The position numbers were made by a program, and so were the translations under genes. A DNA stretch of 13,167 bases from a virus: the IMG/VR virus record IMGVR_UViG_3300021387_000118, positions 1-13,167 of that record; one strand, 5' to 3'. Under the pieces are notes generated by a model that saw nothing but the letters and a program-made list of their open reading frames with translations, did no database searches and had not been told where the DNA came from. Shown in pieces: positions 1-7,606 of this stretch (its first letter is position 1; the number at the start of each line of letters is the position of its first letter).

Positions 1-191
1 AAGTGCAAAAATCATTAGAAGTACAACTTGCTATGGAAGAGTTATCAAATCACATAAAAGAACAACAACTAAAAACATGCCACGAAATATTGCAAACAAA
101 AAATAGTCCGCTAACTTATTTAAGAAAACCCAGGTTCAGGTTTGGAAAGAAGAAAGATTATGATAGAGTTGCCGAAGTAAAGGAGATATAA
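1..191 (+). CDS. 3' end of a gene that starts upstream of the window; hypothetical protein (C-terminal 62 aa visible)
   Basis: The open frame runs off the 5' edge in frame 3 and stops with TAA at 189-191. There is no start context inside the window other than a possible internal ATG at 37. Confidence 0.45.
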   Translation, partial: VQKSLEVQLAMEELSNHIKEQQLKTCHEILQTKNSPLTYLRKPRFRFGKKKDYDRVAEVKEI

Positions 192-218
192 ATAGAGTTT
201 TTGGTTGGAGGAAAACCT

Positions 219-431
219 ATGACCGAGAAAAAATTATATACTTGTGATATTTGCAAAACCGATTATGCCAGTAAAGAAAAAGCTATTCAATGTGAAAAGA
301 ATCATAAGCTGTTAGAAACCGCGACAATAGTTGGAGTTTATAAATCTATGAACTCCATCAAAGAGGGTGTTCCCACAAAAATAAGAGTTAAATTTAAAGG
401 CATGGATGAGTTCATAGAATATGGGAGGTAA
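219..431 (+). CDS. small hypothetical protein (70 aa) with Cys-rich N-terminus (CDIC...C..C), possible zinc ribbon
   Basis: GGAGG at 207-211 lies 7 nt before ATG 219. The stop TAA at 429-431 overlaps the RBS of the next gene. Confidence 0.6.
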   Translation: MTEKKLYTCDICKTDYASKEKAIQCEKNHKLLETATIVGVYKSMNSIKEGVPTKIRVKFKGMDEFIEYGR

Positions 432-433
432 AG

Positions 434-661
434 ATGAATAATTATAATACAGCAACCACAGAAGAAATATCTCTTGCATTAAGAAAAGTTAAAGAACTTG
501 CCACAATGAGTCTTGTTTGGTCAAGACCTGTTTGTAAGCAGTGTGAATTTTATGATTTTAATGAGATGTCGGACGAATCATATTGTATAGCTAAAGATTA
601 TGAACCAATTCATCTTTATAGAAAGCATCGTCCTGATTGGTGTCCGAGATTGAACAAATAA
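434..661 (+). CDS. small hypothetical Cys-containing protein (75 aa; CKQC...C...C)
   Basis: GGGAGG at 423-428 lies 5 nt before ATG 434. Matches the ORF track. Confidence 0.65.
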   Translation: MNNYNTATTEEISLALRKVKELATMSLVWSRPVCKQCEFYDFNEMSDESYCIAKDYEPIHLYRKHRPDWCPRLNK

Positions 662-769
662 AATAAGTTTGTGAACGGAGATATAATTGCTCCTGTTGGA
701 TGGTTTGGACTTTGCGGGATGAAAAAACCGTGATGAAAACAGGAGTATGTATTACAGCTAGGAGACAGA

Positions 770-967
770 ATGAAACATACAAAACAAGAATATATTGATT
801 TCTTTACCCATATGGAACAAGAAGAAATTCACAATGGGCCTCTGGATGGACAGGCTTGGGACGAAGTTGATTGGTGGATCTATTATGCAGTAGATGTAGA
901 CAAGACACTCACAGAGGATGAACTAAAGGGCATGTTTCCGAACTTGTTCAGATGGGAGGACGAATGA
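770..967 (+). CDS. hypothetical acidic small protein (65 aa)
   Basis: AGGAGA at 760-765 precedes ATG 770. The stop overlaps the next start in an ATGA arrangement at 964-967. Confidence 0.6.
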   Translation: MKHTKQEYIDFFTHMEQEEIHNGPLDGQAWDEVDWWIYYAVDVDKTLTEDELKGMFPNLFRWEDE

Positions 968-1491
968 AAGTTATAACTGCACCGGAGTATTATGAGCCAC
1001 ATGATAAAGATATTTCAGTGTTTCTGGCTGGTGGTATTACGAATTGTCCTGATTGGCAGTCACGGGTAATTAAAACTATAAAAGATGACTATAGTGTAAT
1101 TAGTGATTCACTTGTATTATTTAATCCACGTCGTGAAAATTTTCCAATTCATGATAAACTCGCGGCAATACAGCAAATATTATGGGAGTTTGATATGATT
1201 GAAAAGTGCAATATTTTTTCAATTTATTTTTCATCTGGGGATAGTGATCAGCCGATTTGTATGTATGAACTTGGACGCAATATTTTGAGAATGCAGATGA
1301 GATTCCCATCTGATTGGGAAGACAGAATTATTATCAGTGTCGAAGATGGCTATAGACGCAAACAGGATGTGTTAATTCAGACCGAATTGGCAACAAATAG
1401 TAAGATTTTTGTTAATACACAAGTTTCTAAAGACATAGGTATGGAGTATCACATTCAAAATATAATGAGAGCGTTTAAGAAATTCAGATAG
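964..1491 (+). CDS. nucleoside 2-deoxyribosyltransferase-like protein (PF05014/DUF4406-like Rossmann fold)
   Basis: N-terminal VFLAGGIT resembles the NDT IYFGAGWF motif. DSDQPICMYELGRN resembles the NDT catalytic-Glu motif (G.GMELGYA). GGAGG at 955-959 precedes ATG 964. The alternative start is ATG 952. Confidence 0.55.
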   Translation: MKVITAPEYYEPHDKDISVFLAGGITNCPDWQSRVIKTIKDDYSVISDSLVLFNPRRENFPIHDKLAAIQQILWEFDMIEKCNIFSIYFSSGDSDQPICMYELGRNILRMQMRFPSDWEDRIIISVEDGYRRKQDVLIQTELATNSKIFVNTQVSKDIGMEYHIQNIMRAFKKFR

Positions 1492-1527
1492 TGGATTATT
1501 AATGAGTTTTTGATAGGAGAGAATAAA

Positions 1528-1761
1528 ATGGATTTTTCGCTAGGTGGAATACCAATTTATAACGCAAGAAATATAGAGTGGAAATCAAATGGCGATGGTA
1601 CTGGGCAGCTCTGGTTTAATACTGTGGTTGCAGATAAAAACGGCAAAGAGCAAGATGTAAGATTTCATATATTCAGATTAAAGTTTGATGACCCGTTAAT
1701 ATCTATTGAATCAGTTGATAATAAATTATACGAGATTGAAACGGTAGATCATTCATTCTAA
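1528..1761 (+). CDS. hypothetical protein (77 aa)
   Basis: The conserved junction cassette TTTTGATAGGAGAG ends 8 nt before ATG 1528. The track ORF begins at an upstream TTG in the same frame. Confidence 0.6.
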   Translation: MDFSLGGIPIYNARNIEWKSNGDGTGQLWFNTVVADKNGKEQDVRFHIFRLKFDDPLISIESVDNKLYEIETVDHSF

Positions 1762-1787
1762 TAAAAAGATAATTTAATGGTAAATAA

Positions 1788-1985
1788 ATGATAGGTAAAT
1801 GTCTAAACAACTGTGATAATAAAACCAAAGATGGATATTGCAAAACTACTGGATGTATAAACTCTCAATACCGACAATATCTAACTACGGGTATCGAAGA
1901 TGGATGGATTAAAGTTGATAAACAAACATGGAGAGAGTATCAAATGATGAAAGATCCAGACTACGGAGTTGGAAAATTTAGTTAA
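1788..1985 (+). CDS. small Cys-rich hypothetical protein (65 aa; C..NC...C...C)
   Basis: It is a track ORF with only a weak RBS, but it fits the co-directional packing. Confidence 0.4.
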   Translation: MIGKCLNNCDNKTKDGYCKTTGCINSQYRQYLTTGIEDGWIKVDKQTWREYQMMKDPDYGVGKFS

Positions 1986-2147
1986 TAAATAACTTTTTAT
2001 GCCTGAGATGGTATGCGATTGAGGAAATGAACTCATGATTTAAAAACTAATCATTTAAGCGGTGGGTTAGGATTAGCTCCGAAAGGTAACCATGTCCAAG
2101 GATGAAGCAACTACCGCATAAGAAGACTATTTAATGAGGATCATTGA

Positions 2148-2360
2148 ATGCGTTTATATGAAATCGAAGCAGATTATCGACCGAAGAATCCAAAGAAGCC
2201 CAAATATTATGTCTGGGCAGACACGACTAAAGATGCAAAATTGGTTTTTAACAATATAATCAGTTGGCTTACGATTTATAATGTCGCTCCAATGAACAAA
2301 GAAGACTCTGATAAGATATGTAATGAACCAGATAAGTATATAATCATAGGAAAAAAGTAA
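2148..2360 (+). CDS. hypothetical basic protein (70 aa)
   Basis: GAGGA at 2134-2138 lies 9 nt before ATG 2148. The stop overlaps the start of the next gene (TAATG). Confidence 0.55.
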   Translation: MRLYEIEADYRPKNPKKPKYYVWADTTKDAKLVFNNIISWLTIYNVAPMNKEDSDKICNEPDKYIIIGKK

Positions 2361-2791
2361 TGTATAAACAAATAATCATAGTTCGTAAAGACTTAAATAT
2401 GGGCCACGGCAAGATGGCTGCGCAAGTTGCACATGCTTCAATGTCGTTCTTATCATGGTTTGTAAGAGATAATGCTGACCAAGATGGTCATATTGACGCT
2501 TGGTTTGACAAGGATATCTTAGATAACTGGCTGAATGGCATTTATACTAAGGTTGTGTTACAGGCCAAGAATAAGGGTCAACTAGAGAAAGCAATTATCC
2601 TAGCTAATGAAATAGGCTTGGTGGAGGGGAAAGATTATTTTTTAATCAAAGATAACTGCCTTACAGAGCTTGAGCCGGAAGAAGTTGATGAATATGGTGT
2701 TGGTAGAACATTGACTTGTATTGGATTTAAACCGATGGATTCCGAAGTAATAGACAAGGTTGCCAAGAAGTTTCATATTTATGTAGATTAA
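2360..2791 (+). CDS. pth2: peptidyl-tRNA hydrolase, PTH2 family
   Basis: IIIVRKDLNMGHGKMAAQVAHAS matches the PTH2 signature (VVRxDLxMGKGKxAAQCxHAA). The C-terminal GRTLTCIGFKP...IDKV matches PTH2 (QTVLGIGPGP..IDKV). The TAATG overlap links it to the upstream gene. Confidence 0.85.
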   Translation: MYKQIIIVRKDLNMGHGKMAAQVAHASMSFLSWFVRDNADQDGHIDAWFDKDILDNWLNGIYTKVVLQAKNKGQLEKAIILANEIGLVEGKDYFLIKDNCLTELEPEEVDEYGVGRTLTCIGFKPMDSEVIDKVAKKFHIYVD

Positions 2792-2835
2792 CCAATAAAT
2801 AAGAGTAATACAAGTTGTATTGAAGGATTGTGAGA

Positions 2836-3018
2836 ATGAACAATAAAATAATCTTAGACAATAAAGAAATGTTTGTCGCAGTACAAGAGTATTTATCTAA
2901 AAGAAATATTGAATTACCAGAAGATGTTTCTGTTACTATGAAACTAAAGAAAAGATTGCCAGGAGATCCATTTCCAGATGATTATATTCCGTATATAGAG
3001 GTTGAATATAATGTATGA
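2836..3018 (+). CDS. hypothetical protein (60 aa)
   Basis: AAGGA at 2822-2826 precedes ATG 2836. The track ORF starts at an upstream GTG in the same frame. Confidence 0.5.
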   Translation: MNNKIILDNKEMFVAVQEYLSKRNIELPEDVSVTMKLKKRLPGDPFPDDYIPYIEVEYNV

Positions 3019-3244
3019 ATATATAAATTGTCCCGTCTGCGGAACGCGCAATGAATATACTACTTATTCTGAATTGGGGTTCGGAATAATCGAGCGACAT
3101 TATCATTGTCCTAGATGTACATATTTCGTTGAACAAGCATATAGTCCAGTATGTGTCGGAATTAGTACAGACTGTCCAGAAGAATATCTTGAAAGAGCCA
3201 AAGAGTTGAAATTGGATTTTTATCAGCCGGATGAGATACCGTGA
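3011..3244 (+). CDS. zinc-ribbon protein (CPVCG ... CPRC), 77 aa
   Basis: GAGG at 2998-3001 lies 9 nt before ATG 3011. It carries two CxxC pairs. It overlaps the 3' end of the upstream gene by 8 nt. Confidence 0.6.
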   Translation: MYEYINCPVCGTRNEYTTYSELGFGIIERHYHCPRCTYFVEQAYSPVCVGISTDCPEEYLERAKELKLDFYQPDEIP

Positions 3245-3312
3245 AAGTATGTTGGGTGTAAATCCTAACTCACAGAAAATATTGGGAATGTATGGATTGA
3301 AAGAAGTGTTTT

Positions 3313-3564
3313 ATGAGTAAGAGAAGAAAAGGCCGATCAATTGACCATCATTGGCAATTTGTAAAATATAAAGGTGACGGAGCGTTCTATGCTAAATGCA
3401 GTTGCGGATTTCATTATGGATGTGATAAGCCAAAATACGAAAATTCTAGTATCCCAACAGTCCCATCACCTGAGAAGTTATATAACTACTGCCCACATTG
3501 TGGAGCGAGAAAAACAAGATATTATGATGAACCAATATATATTGATAAGTATTGGTTTGAGTAA
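3313..3564 (+). CDS. zinc-finger-like protein (CSCG ... CPHCG), 83 aa, basic N-terminus
   Basis: It is a track ORF with a weak SD. The overlapping frame at 3374..3568 is less gene-like. Confidence 0.5.
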   Translation: MSKRRKGRSIDHHWQFVKYKGDGAFYAKCSCGFHYGCDKPKYENSSIPTVPSPEKLYNYCPHCGARKTRYYDEPIYIDKYWFE

Positions 3565-3576
3565 ATGAGGATTGAT

Positions 3577-3774
3577 ATGAGTGTTGAAGGATTTTTGCTT
3601 AAAAGAAGAAGGTTTAGAACTACTCACAACATGTATCAACTAACTTGCGACGATGAACATTTTGATTTGGATATGGCGGTTAGCTTATTGGAAAATATTG
3701 GGAAAGTGGCAGAAGATGGTAAAGAGATGTGGACAATAGTTCCACCAGGATATAAATGGAGTGTTGTAAAATGA
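3577..3774 (+). CDS. hypothetical protein (65 aa; 69 aa if started at ATG 3565)
   Basis: GAGGA at 3567-3571 lies 5 nt before ATG 3577. The in-frame ATG 3565 abuts the upstream stop and is the alternative start. Confidence 0.5.
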   Translation: MSVEGFLLKRRRFRTTHNMYQLTCDDEHFDLDMAVSLLENIGKVAEDGKEMWTIVPPGYKWSVVK

Positions 3775-4145
3775 CAAGAGTAATAATTGCGGGGAGCAGA
3801 CAGTTTAATGATTATCATAAGATGTTAACAGAATTGGACAACCTTGGAATTCATTTTATCAATACCATAGATCCAATAGAGATTGTTAGTGGTCATGCTT
3901 CTGGTGCTGATGCTCTTGGCGAAAGATTTGCTAAAGAATATAATTATCCGCTCAAGACATTCCCCGCCGAATGGAATAAATACGGGAAAGCTGCCGGACC
4001 AATCCGCAATGAACAGATGGCTAAATATGCAGCAGAGGCTGATCGAGGGATTTTGATTGCGTTCCCAATTGGAGAGAGTAGGGGAACTAACAATATGATT
4101 AAACTAGCAAAACAGTATGGCCTAGAAGTAAACGTGGTGTATTGA
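3771..4145 (+). CDS. SLOG-superfamily (DprA/LOG-like; DUF2493-like) Rossmann protein
   Basis: VIIAGSRQF is a Rossmann beta1 strand. GHASGADALGERFA matches the GxARGxDxxA motif. AGPIRNEQM matches the GPxRNxxM motif. ATGA overlaps the upstream stop. The alternative start is ATG 3756 with AGGA at 3747-3750. Confidence 0.55.
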   Translation: MTRVIIAGSRQFNDYHKMLTELDNLGIHFINTIDPIEIVSGHASGADALGERFAKEYNYPLKTFPAEWNKYGKAAGPIRNEQMAKYAAEADRGILIAFPIGESRGTNNMIKLAKQYGLEVNVVY

Positions 4146-4166
4146 TTAAATACTTTTATACTACTA

Positions 4167-4195
4167 TTGACAACAAGTAGATAAAAAAGTATAAT
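4167..4195 (+). promoter_or_regulatory. perfect sigma-A/sigma-70 consensus promoter TTGACA-N17-TATAAT
   Basis: TTGACA sits at 4167-4172, the spacer is exactly 17 nt, and TATAAT sits at 4190-4195. It lies in the 79-nt gap before the gene at 4225. Confidence 0.75.
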
Positions 4196-4224
4196 CAATA
4201 TAAATTATTAAAAGGAGAAAACCA

Positions 4225-4584
4225 ATGGCTGGATTAGAAGAACTTAAAACTGTTTACAAAATGATTAAGAATTATTATGGATATAAATGTACAGATGTAA
4301 TTTTCCGCAAAGATGAAGATGACGAATTCTGTGAGTTAGTTTTTGAGTATCAGGGGTTCCCAGTAAAGACAATATTCTCTTATGGGTTTTGCACTAATGT
4401 GATATACCCTAATAATGATGAAGTAACTATCATTGGCAATGATGAAAAGAATGGGGCAGTTCTTTCGACCACGGTTTATTTCGCTATCTGCGATTTTATT
4501 AAGACTATTAATAAGAATAGATTCGATAATGAAGCTATAAATGCATTCATTGATTATCTGTGGGATGATGTTATAAATGTATAA
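4225..4584 (+). CDS. hypothetical protein (119 aa)
   Basis: AAAGGAG lies about 7 nt before ATG 4225. It is the first gene downstream of the consensus promoter. Confidence 0.65.
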   Translation: MAGLEELKTVYKMIKNYYGYKCTDVIFRKDEDDEFCELVFEYQGFPVKTIFSYGFCTNVIYPNNDEVTIIGNDEKNGAVLSTTVYFAICDFIKTINKNRFDNEAINAFIDYLWDDVINV

Positions 4585-4604
4585 TTAAATGAAGAGGAAT
4601 GAAT

Positions 4605-5099
4605 ATGCTATCTCAATCCAACATTGATAAACTTCATGTAAATGGTATTTATAAATGCGAACCCGTATTGAGTTGGTTACCATTCTATAAACGAGATAAT
4701 CCTTACTGGTGTCGCAACTGGACGTTTAAGGTTAAAGAATATAAAGGTCACTATGCTATGTATGATACTTACTGGTCAACAGGTGACGATTATCCAATAG
4801 AACTTACAGATGAGAATTTTGATAAATTTGAATATCTGTTTGATTTGGATGATATTCGGTATATACATGATTATGAAAGCTGGCTTGAATATCCAGAAGA
4901 AGATAGATGGAGAGTGCCACTAGATTCTGGCGGCACCAATCATGCAAAATATGTTGTTCGGCGTGGAGCCAAGAGGGTTAAGGAACGAGTTATCGAGAGA
5001 ATGCAGCGTGATATTGATTGCTTAAAGCATGAGTTATCTCAGAAAGGGCGGATCCTCGAAGGGATTATCAATGGTAGTATTGATTGGAATATATGCTGA
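4605..5099 (+). CDS. hypothetical protein (164 aa), Trp/Tyr-rich
   Basis: GAGG at 4594-4597 lies 7 nt before ATG 4605. ATG 4599 is too close to the SD. Confidence 0.6.
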   Translation: MLSQSNIDKLHVNGIYKCEPVLSWLPFYKRDNPYWCRNWTFKVKEYKGHYAMYDTYWSTGDDYPIELTDENFDKFEYLFDLDDIRYIHDYESWLEYPEEDRWRVPLDSGGTNHAKYVVRRGAKRVKERVIERMQRDIDCLKHELSQKGRILEGIINGSIDWNIC

Positions 5100-5162
5100 T
5101 GGAGAGTGTGATGTGGGATCCAGAAACTGATGCTTGCGATTATTGAAAGGAGAGGACAACTC

Positions 5163-5324
5163 ATGGATCAAGCACATATGATAAAAGACCTTGAAATTGC
5201 AAAATGCATACTGAGTAATTTAAACACCCCACTTGATGGGATGATGAGAGTCTGTATTGGGCAAATTATATCGGAAGCAATTGACGCATTAAAAATAGAG
5301 GAGAAACATAATGAGGATAATTAA
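5163..5324 (+). CDS. small hypothetical protein (53 aa)
   Basis: AAAGGAGAGG at 5146-5155 lies 7 nt before ATG 5163. The track ORF from 5130 lacks an RBS. Confidence 0.5.
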   Translation: MDQAHMIKDLEIAKCILSNLNTPLDGMMRVCIGQIISEAIDALKIEEKHNEDN

Positions 5325-5712
5325 TCGAAATGAATTAGCAAAGATGCCAAATGGCACGGTGTTCTCATCATTTGATGGTTATAGTGTTGACGGATTTGAA
5401 ATTATAACAGGCAGCCATGGTGATGGATTTAATGGTACGCTTGATCTGGAACCAAGTTTTAATTGGGATAGTGATCATGCGGAACGTATTACTAACTGGT
5501 CAACTGTAGATACCGCCGATTATGATTTTGATGAGGATGCCAAGTTCGTTGTTTATAGTAAGAATGAAATACGTGAAATAATTCAGTGGCTAAAATGGGC
5601 CATTGACGAAGACGGACATCCTGATATGGAAAAGTATTTTTATAAAAACCAAGTAATGTCGGAGGGGGAAGCTTCAAAATATACTAATGGTCATGGCTTA
5701 TGGTGGGGATAA
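5311..5712 (+). CDS. hypothetical protein (133 aa)
   Basis: GAGGAG at 5298-5303 lies 7 nt before ATG 5311. Confidence 0.65.
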   Translation: MRIINRNELAKMPNGTVFSSFDGYSVDGFEIITGSHGDGFNGTLDLEPSFNWDSDHAERITNWSTVDTADYDFDEDAKFVVYSKNEIREIIQWLKWAIDEDGHPDMEKYFYKNQVMSEGEASKYTNGHGLWWG

Positions 5713-5724
5713 AACAAGATTTCA

Positions 5725-5904
5725 ATGCCTAATTATGTAAGATGCATTCAGTTAGAACCTGGATTAAAATTATATTATAGTAATAAAGAACAATGTTTAA
5801 GAACATCGGAAGAATTAACAAATGCCGGATTTAAGAATCGTGTTGCATATAATTATGACGGTGATTTTTGGAGTATATATGTATTAGATGAAACAAGTCT
5901 TTGA
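5725..5904 (+). CDS. small hypothetical protein (59 aa), below the ORF-track cutoff
   Basis: It fills an otherwise empty gap. It ends ...DETSL with its stop inside the conserved junction cassette (AAGTCTTTGATAGGAG). The SD is weak. Confidence 0.4.
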   Translation: MPNYVRCIQLEPGLKLYYSNKEQCLRTSEELTNAGFKNRVAYNYDGDFWSIYVLDETSL

Positions 5905-5919
5905 TAGGAGAAAAAATAT

Positions 5920-6120
5920 ATGTACGATCCTGAAGAAATAAATAAAAATCCTTGGTGGTGGATAAGAAATAGAGGAAAAATTAATGATGCTCTTGAAGTA
6001 ATAGATCTTGCTTTAGAAGAATATGATGAGGGACGCGGGTTGGCATTTTCTGATATTCCAGATAAATTTAAAGATATCAAAAATTTCTTTAATGATGTTT
6101 GCTATCCTGATTGGAAGTGA
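5920..6120 (+). CDS. hypothetical Trp-rich protein (66 aa)
   Basis: The junction cassette TTTGATAGGAGAAAAAATAT precedes ATG 5920. Confidence 0.6.
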   Translation: MYDPEEINKNPWWWIRNRGKINDALEVIDLALEEYDEGRGLAFSDIPDKFKDIKNFFNDVCYPDWK

Positions 6121-6144
6121 AAATTAGATTTTATTGGAGAATTT

Positions 6145-6429
6145 ATGAAGAAGATTGATGAAGGAAATATGAGTGGACTTCGTGATTGGTGTGCTATGCA
6201 TGGTATAATATACGTGCAATGGTATCCATATGATAATTGTTCTGGTTATTACATAGAGAATCCATCAGAGGATGCATTGGAAAAATTCTATGAAAATGTT
6301 AATGCGTCTGATCCATATCATAGATCTTTTGTTTTAATATTGGGGAAGACTGAAACTCATAATAATTTGAACATGAGAACTATTGATGAATATATACAAC
6401 ATGGTATATTACCTTTTCTATTTTGTTGA
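6145..6429 (+). CDS. hypothetical protein (94 aa) carrying an LRDWC motif
   Basis: The cassette TTTTATTGGAGAATTT precedes ATG 6145. It contains a 17-nt exact repeat shared with the gene at 7415. Confidence 0.6.
   Translation: MKKIDEGNMSGLRDWCAMHGIIYVQWYPYDNCSGYYIENPSEDALEKFYENVNASDPYHRSFVLILGKTETHNNLNMRTIDEYIQHGILPFLFC
6177..6193 (+). repeat. 17-nt exact repeat ACTTCGTGATTGGTGTG (copy 1, inside the gene at 6145)
   Basis: The identical 17-mer recurs at 7558-7574 inside the gene at 7415. Both copies encode LRDWC. Confidence 0.8.
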
Positions 6430-6455
6430 AAAACTGAATTTGATTGGAGAAAAAT

Positions 6456-6791
6456 ATGAGTTATAACGAGAACGGTATTTGTAAATTCGCAATAGAACGA
6501 GAAGACGGTCATGGTGAGCAGCAACGTCATCCGTTACAGCTGGTGGCAAGAATAGATGTTGATGACCTGGTAAAGCTATTCGATGAAGCCCCGACAAATT
6601 TTGATGGCGAGAACCCCATTTGTAAAGTAAAAGATCCAATTAAATTTACGAAGTTTGTCATCAGGAGATTATGGGACGATGCACCATATGAAGCTGATGA
6701 TGTTGTTTGGGCACAGCCGTTGACTTATATCTTTGAACAATTACTAGAAGATTATAGGCCGGAGTTTCTGGAGTATTTTGATGAGGTATGA
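6456..6791 (+). CDS. hypothetical acidic protein (111 aa)
   Basis: The cassette TTTGATTGGAGAAAAAT precedes ATG 6456. The track ORF starts at an upstream TTG in the same frame. Confidence 0.6.
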   Translation: MSYNENGICKFAIEREDGHGEQQRHPLQLVARIDVDDLVKLFDEAPTNFDGENPICKVKDPIKFTKFVIRRLWDDAPYEADDVVWAQPLTYIFEQLLEDYRPEFLEYFDEV

Positions 6792-6821
6792 AATTGAGGT
6801 TTTATCGGAAAAGAGGTAAAA

Positions 6822-6989
6822 ATGTTTAAATTTGAAAAAATAGCCGAAATAAGGACTGTTAGCGGGAAAGTGACAAAAGAGGTTGTTGAAGCCCTCATAG
6901 ATAAAGGGTTTTATTTATGCCTTGACGGAAATTATGCAATGGATGGATGCGATTTTATTGTAATGAAAAAAGCATCTGATGAAAACTAA
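6822..6989 (+). CDS. small hypothetical protein (55 aa), below the ORF-track cutoff
   Basis: AAGAGG at 6811-6816 lies 5 nt before ATG 6822. It fills a 190-nt gap in the same orientation. Confidence 0.5.
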   Translation: MFKFEKIAEIRTVSGKVTKEVVEALIDKGFYLCLDGNYAMDGCDFIVMKKASDEN

Positions 6990-7017
6990 GTTTTATTGGA
7001 ATTTTGAAGTGATATTT

Positions 7018-7197
7018 ATGAAGAAAATACTAATAGTTAAAAATGGCAATACCCCAATGGGAATATTCGAGACAGAAAGAGTTGAAGAACACTGGAGTTG
7101 GGGAAAGCATTGGTTTGACTTTCAATTGAAAGATGGAAGTAGATCAGTAGATTATCAGATGCCTTTATGCCACTACTATATTTTGAAAAAGAAATAA
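7018..7197 (+). CDS. small hypothetical protein (59 aa)
   Basis: A cassette variant AAGTTTTATTGGAATTTTGAAGTGA precedes ATG 7018. The in-frame ATG 6979 is the alternative start, but it lies inside the upstream small ORF. Confidence 0.45.
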   Translation: MKKILIVKNGNTPMGIFETERVEEHWSWGKHWFDFQLKDGSRSVDYQMPLCHYYILKKK

Positions 7198-7214
7198 GTT
7201 TTATGGGAAGTAAT

Positions 7215-7394
7215 ATGGATATATATAAACTAATAGATTACTACATTGACAAATATTTAGAAGAAAAGGAACATCAAACAGATGGTTATACTCGTGCTGG
7301 GATGTTACAGGGATTATTATGGATTTGTCGCTTTGGTGGCGTAACAGATGAGAACCTTGGTGATGATAGATTAATAAAGATATCTAGCAAATGA
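7215..7394 (+). CDS. small hypothetical protein (59 aa)
   Basis: The cassette variant AAGTTTTATGGGAAG ends 5 nt before ATG 7215. The alternative start is ATG 7203. Confidence 0.5.
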   Translation: MDIYKLIDYYIDKYLEEKEHQTDGYTRAGMLQGLLWICRFGGVTDENLGDDRLIKISSK

Positions 7395-7414
7395 AATAAA
7401 CGCTTGGAGGCACT

Positions 7415-7594
7415 ATGACAAATTTTGAAAAATATATAAATAGCTTAACACAGGATAAGTTCATAGATTCGATGATACTAAACTGCGATGGTTGTCCAGC
7501 GTATCCATGTAATGATGAAAATATTACAGAAGACAATGGGCTTGATTGCGAAGAAAAACTTCGTGATTGGTGTGAAACTGAAAGAAGTCTTTGA
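7415..7594 (+). CDS. small Cys-rich protein (59 aa; CDGCPAYPC ... LRDWC), below the track cutoff
   Basis: GGAGG at 7406-7410 lies 4 nt before ATG 7415. Its stop sits inside the junction cassette. It shares the 17-nt repeat with the gene at 6145. It is preferred over the overlapping ORFs at 7384..7698 (-) and 7488..7796 (+). Confidence 0.55.
   Translation: MTNFEKYINSLTQDKFIDSMILNCDGCPAYPCNDENITEDNGLDCEEKLRDWCETERSL
7558..7574 (+). repeat. 17-nt exact repeat ACTTCGTGATTGGTGTG (copy 2, inside the gene at 7415)
   Basis: See copy 1. Confidence 0.8.
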
Positions 7595-7606
7595 TGAGGA
7601 AAAAAT

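Noticed and set aside
1986-2147. Possible tRNA in the ORF-free island
   Set aside because: There is no GTTCRANYC T-loop motif and no cloverleaf arrangement. Only generic hairpins are present.
3374-3568. Plus-strand ORF overlapping the gene at 3313-3564 in another frame
   Set aside because: It has no RBS. The competing frame carries the Cys4 zinc-finger motif and fits the gene spacing.
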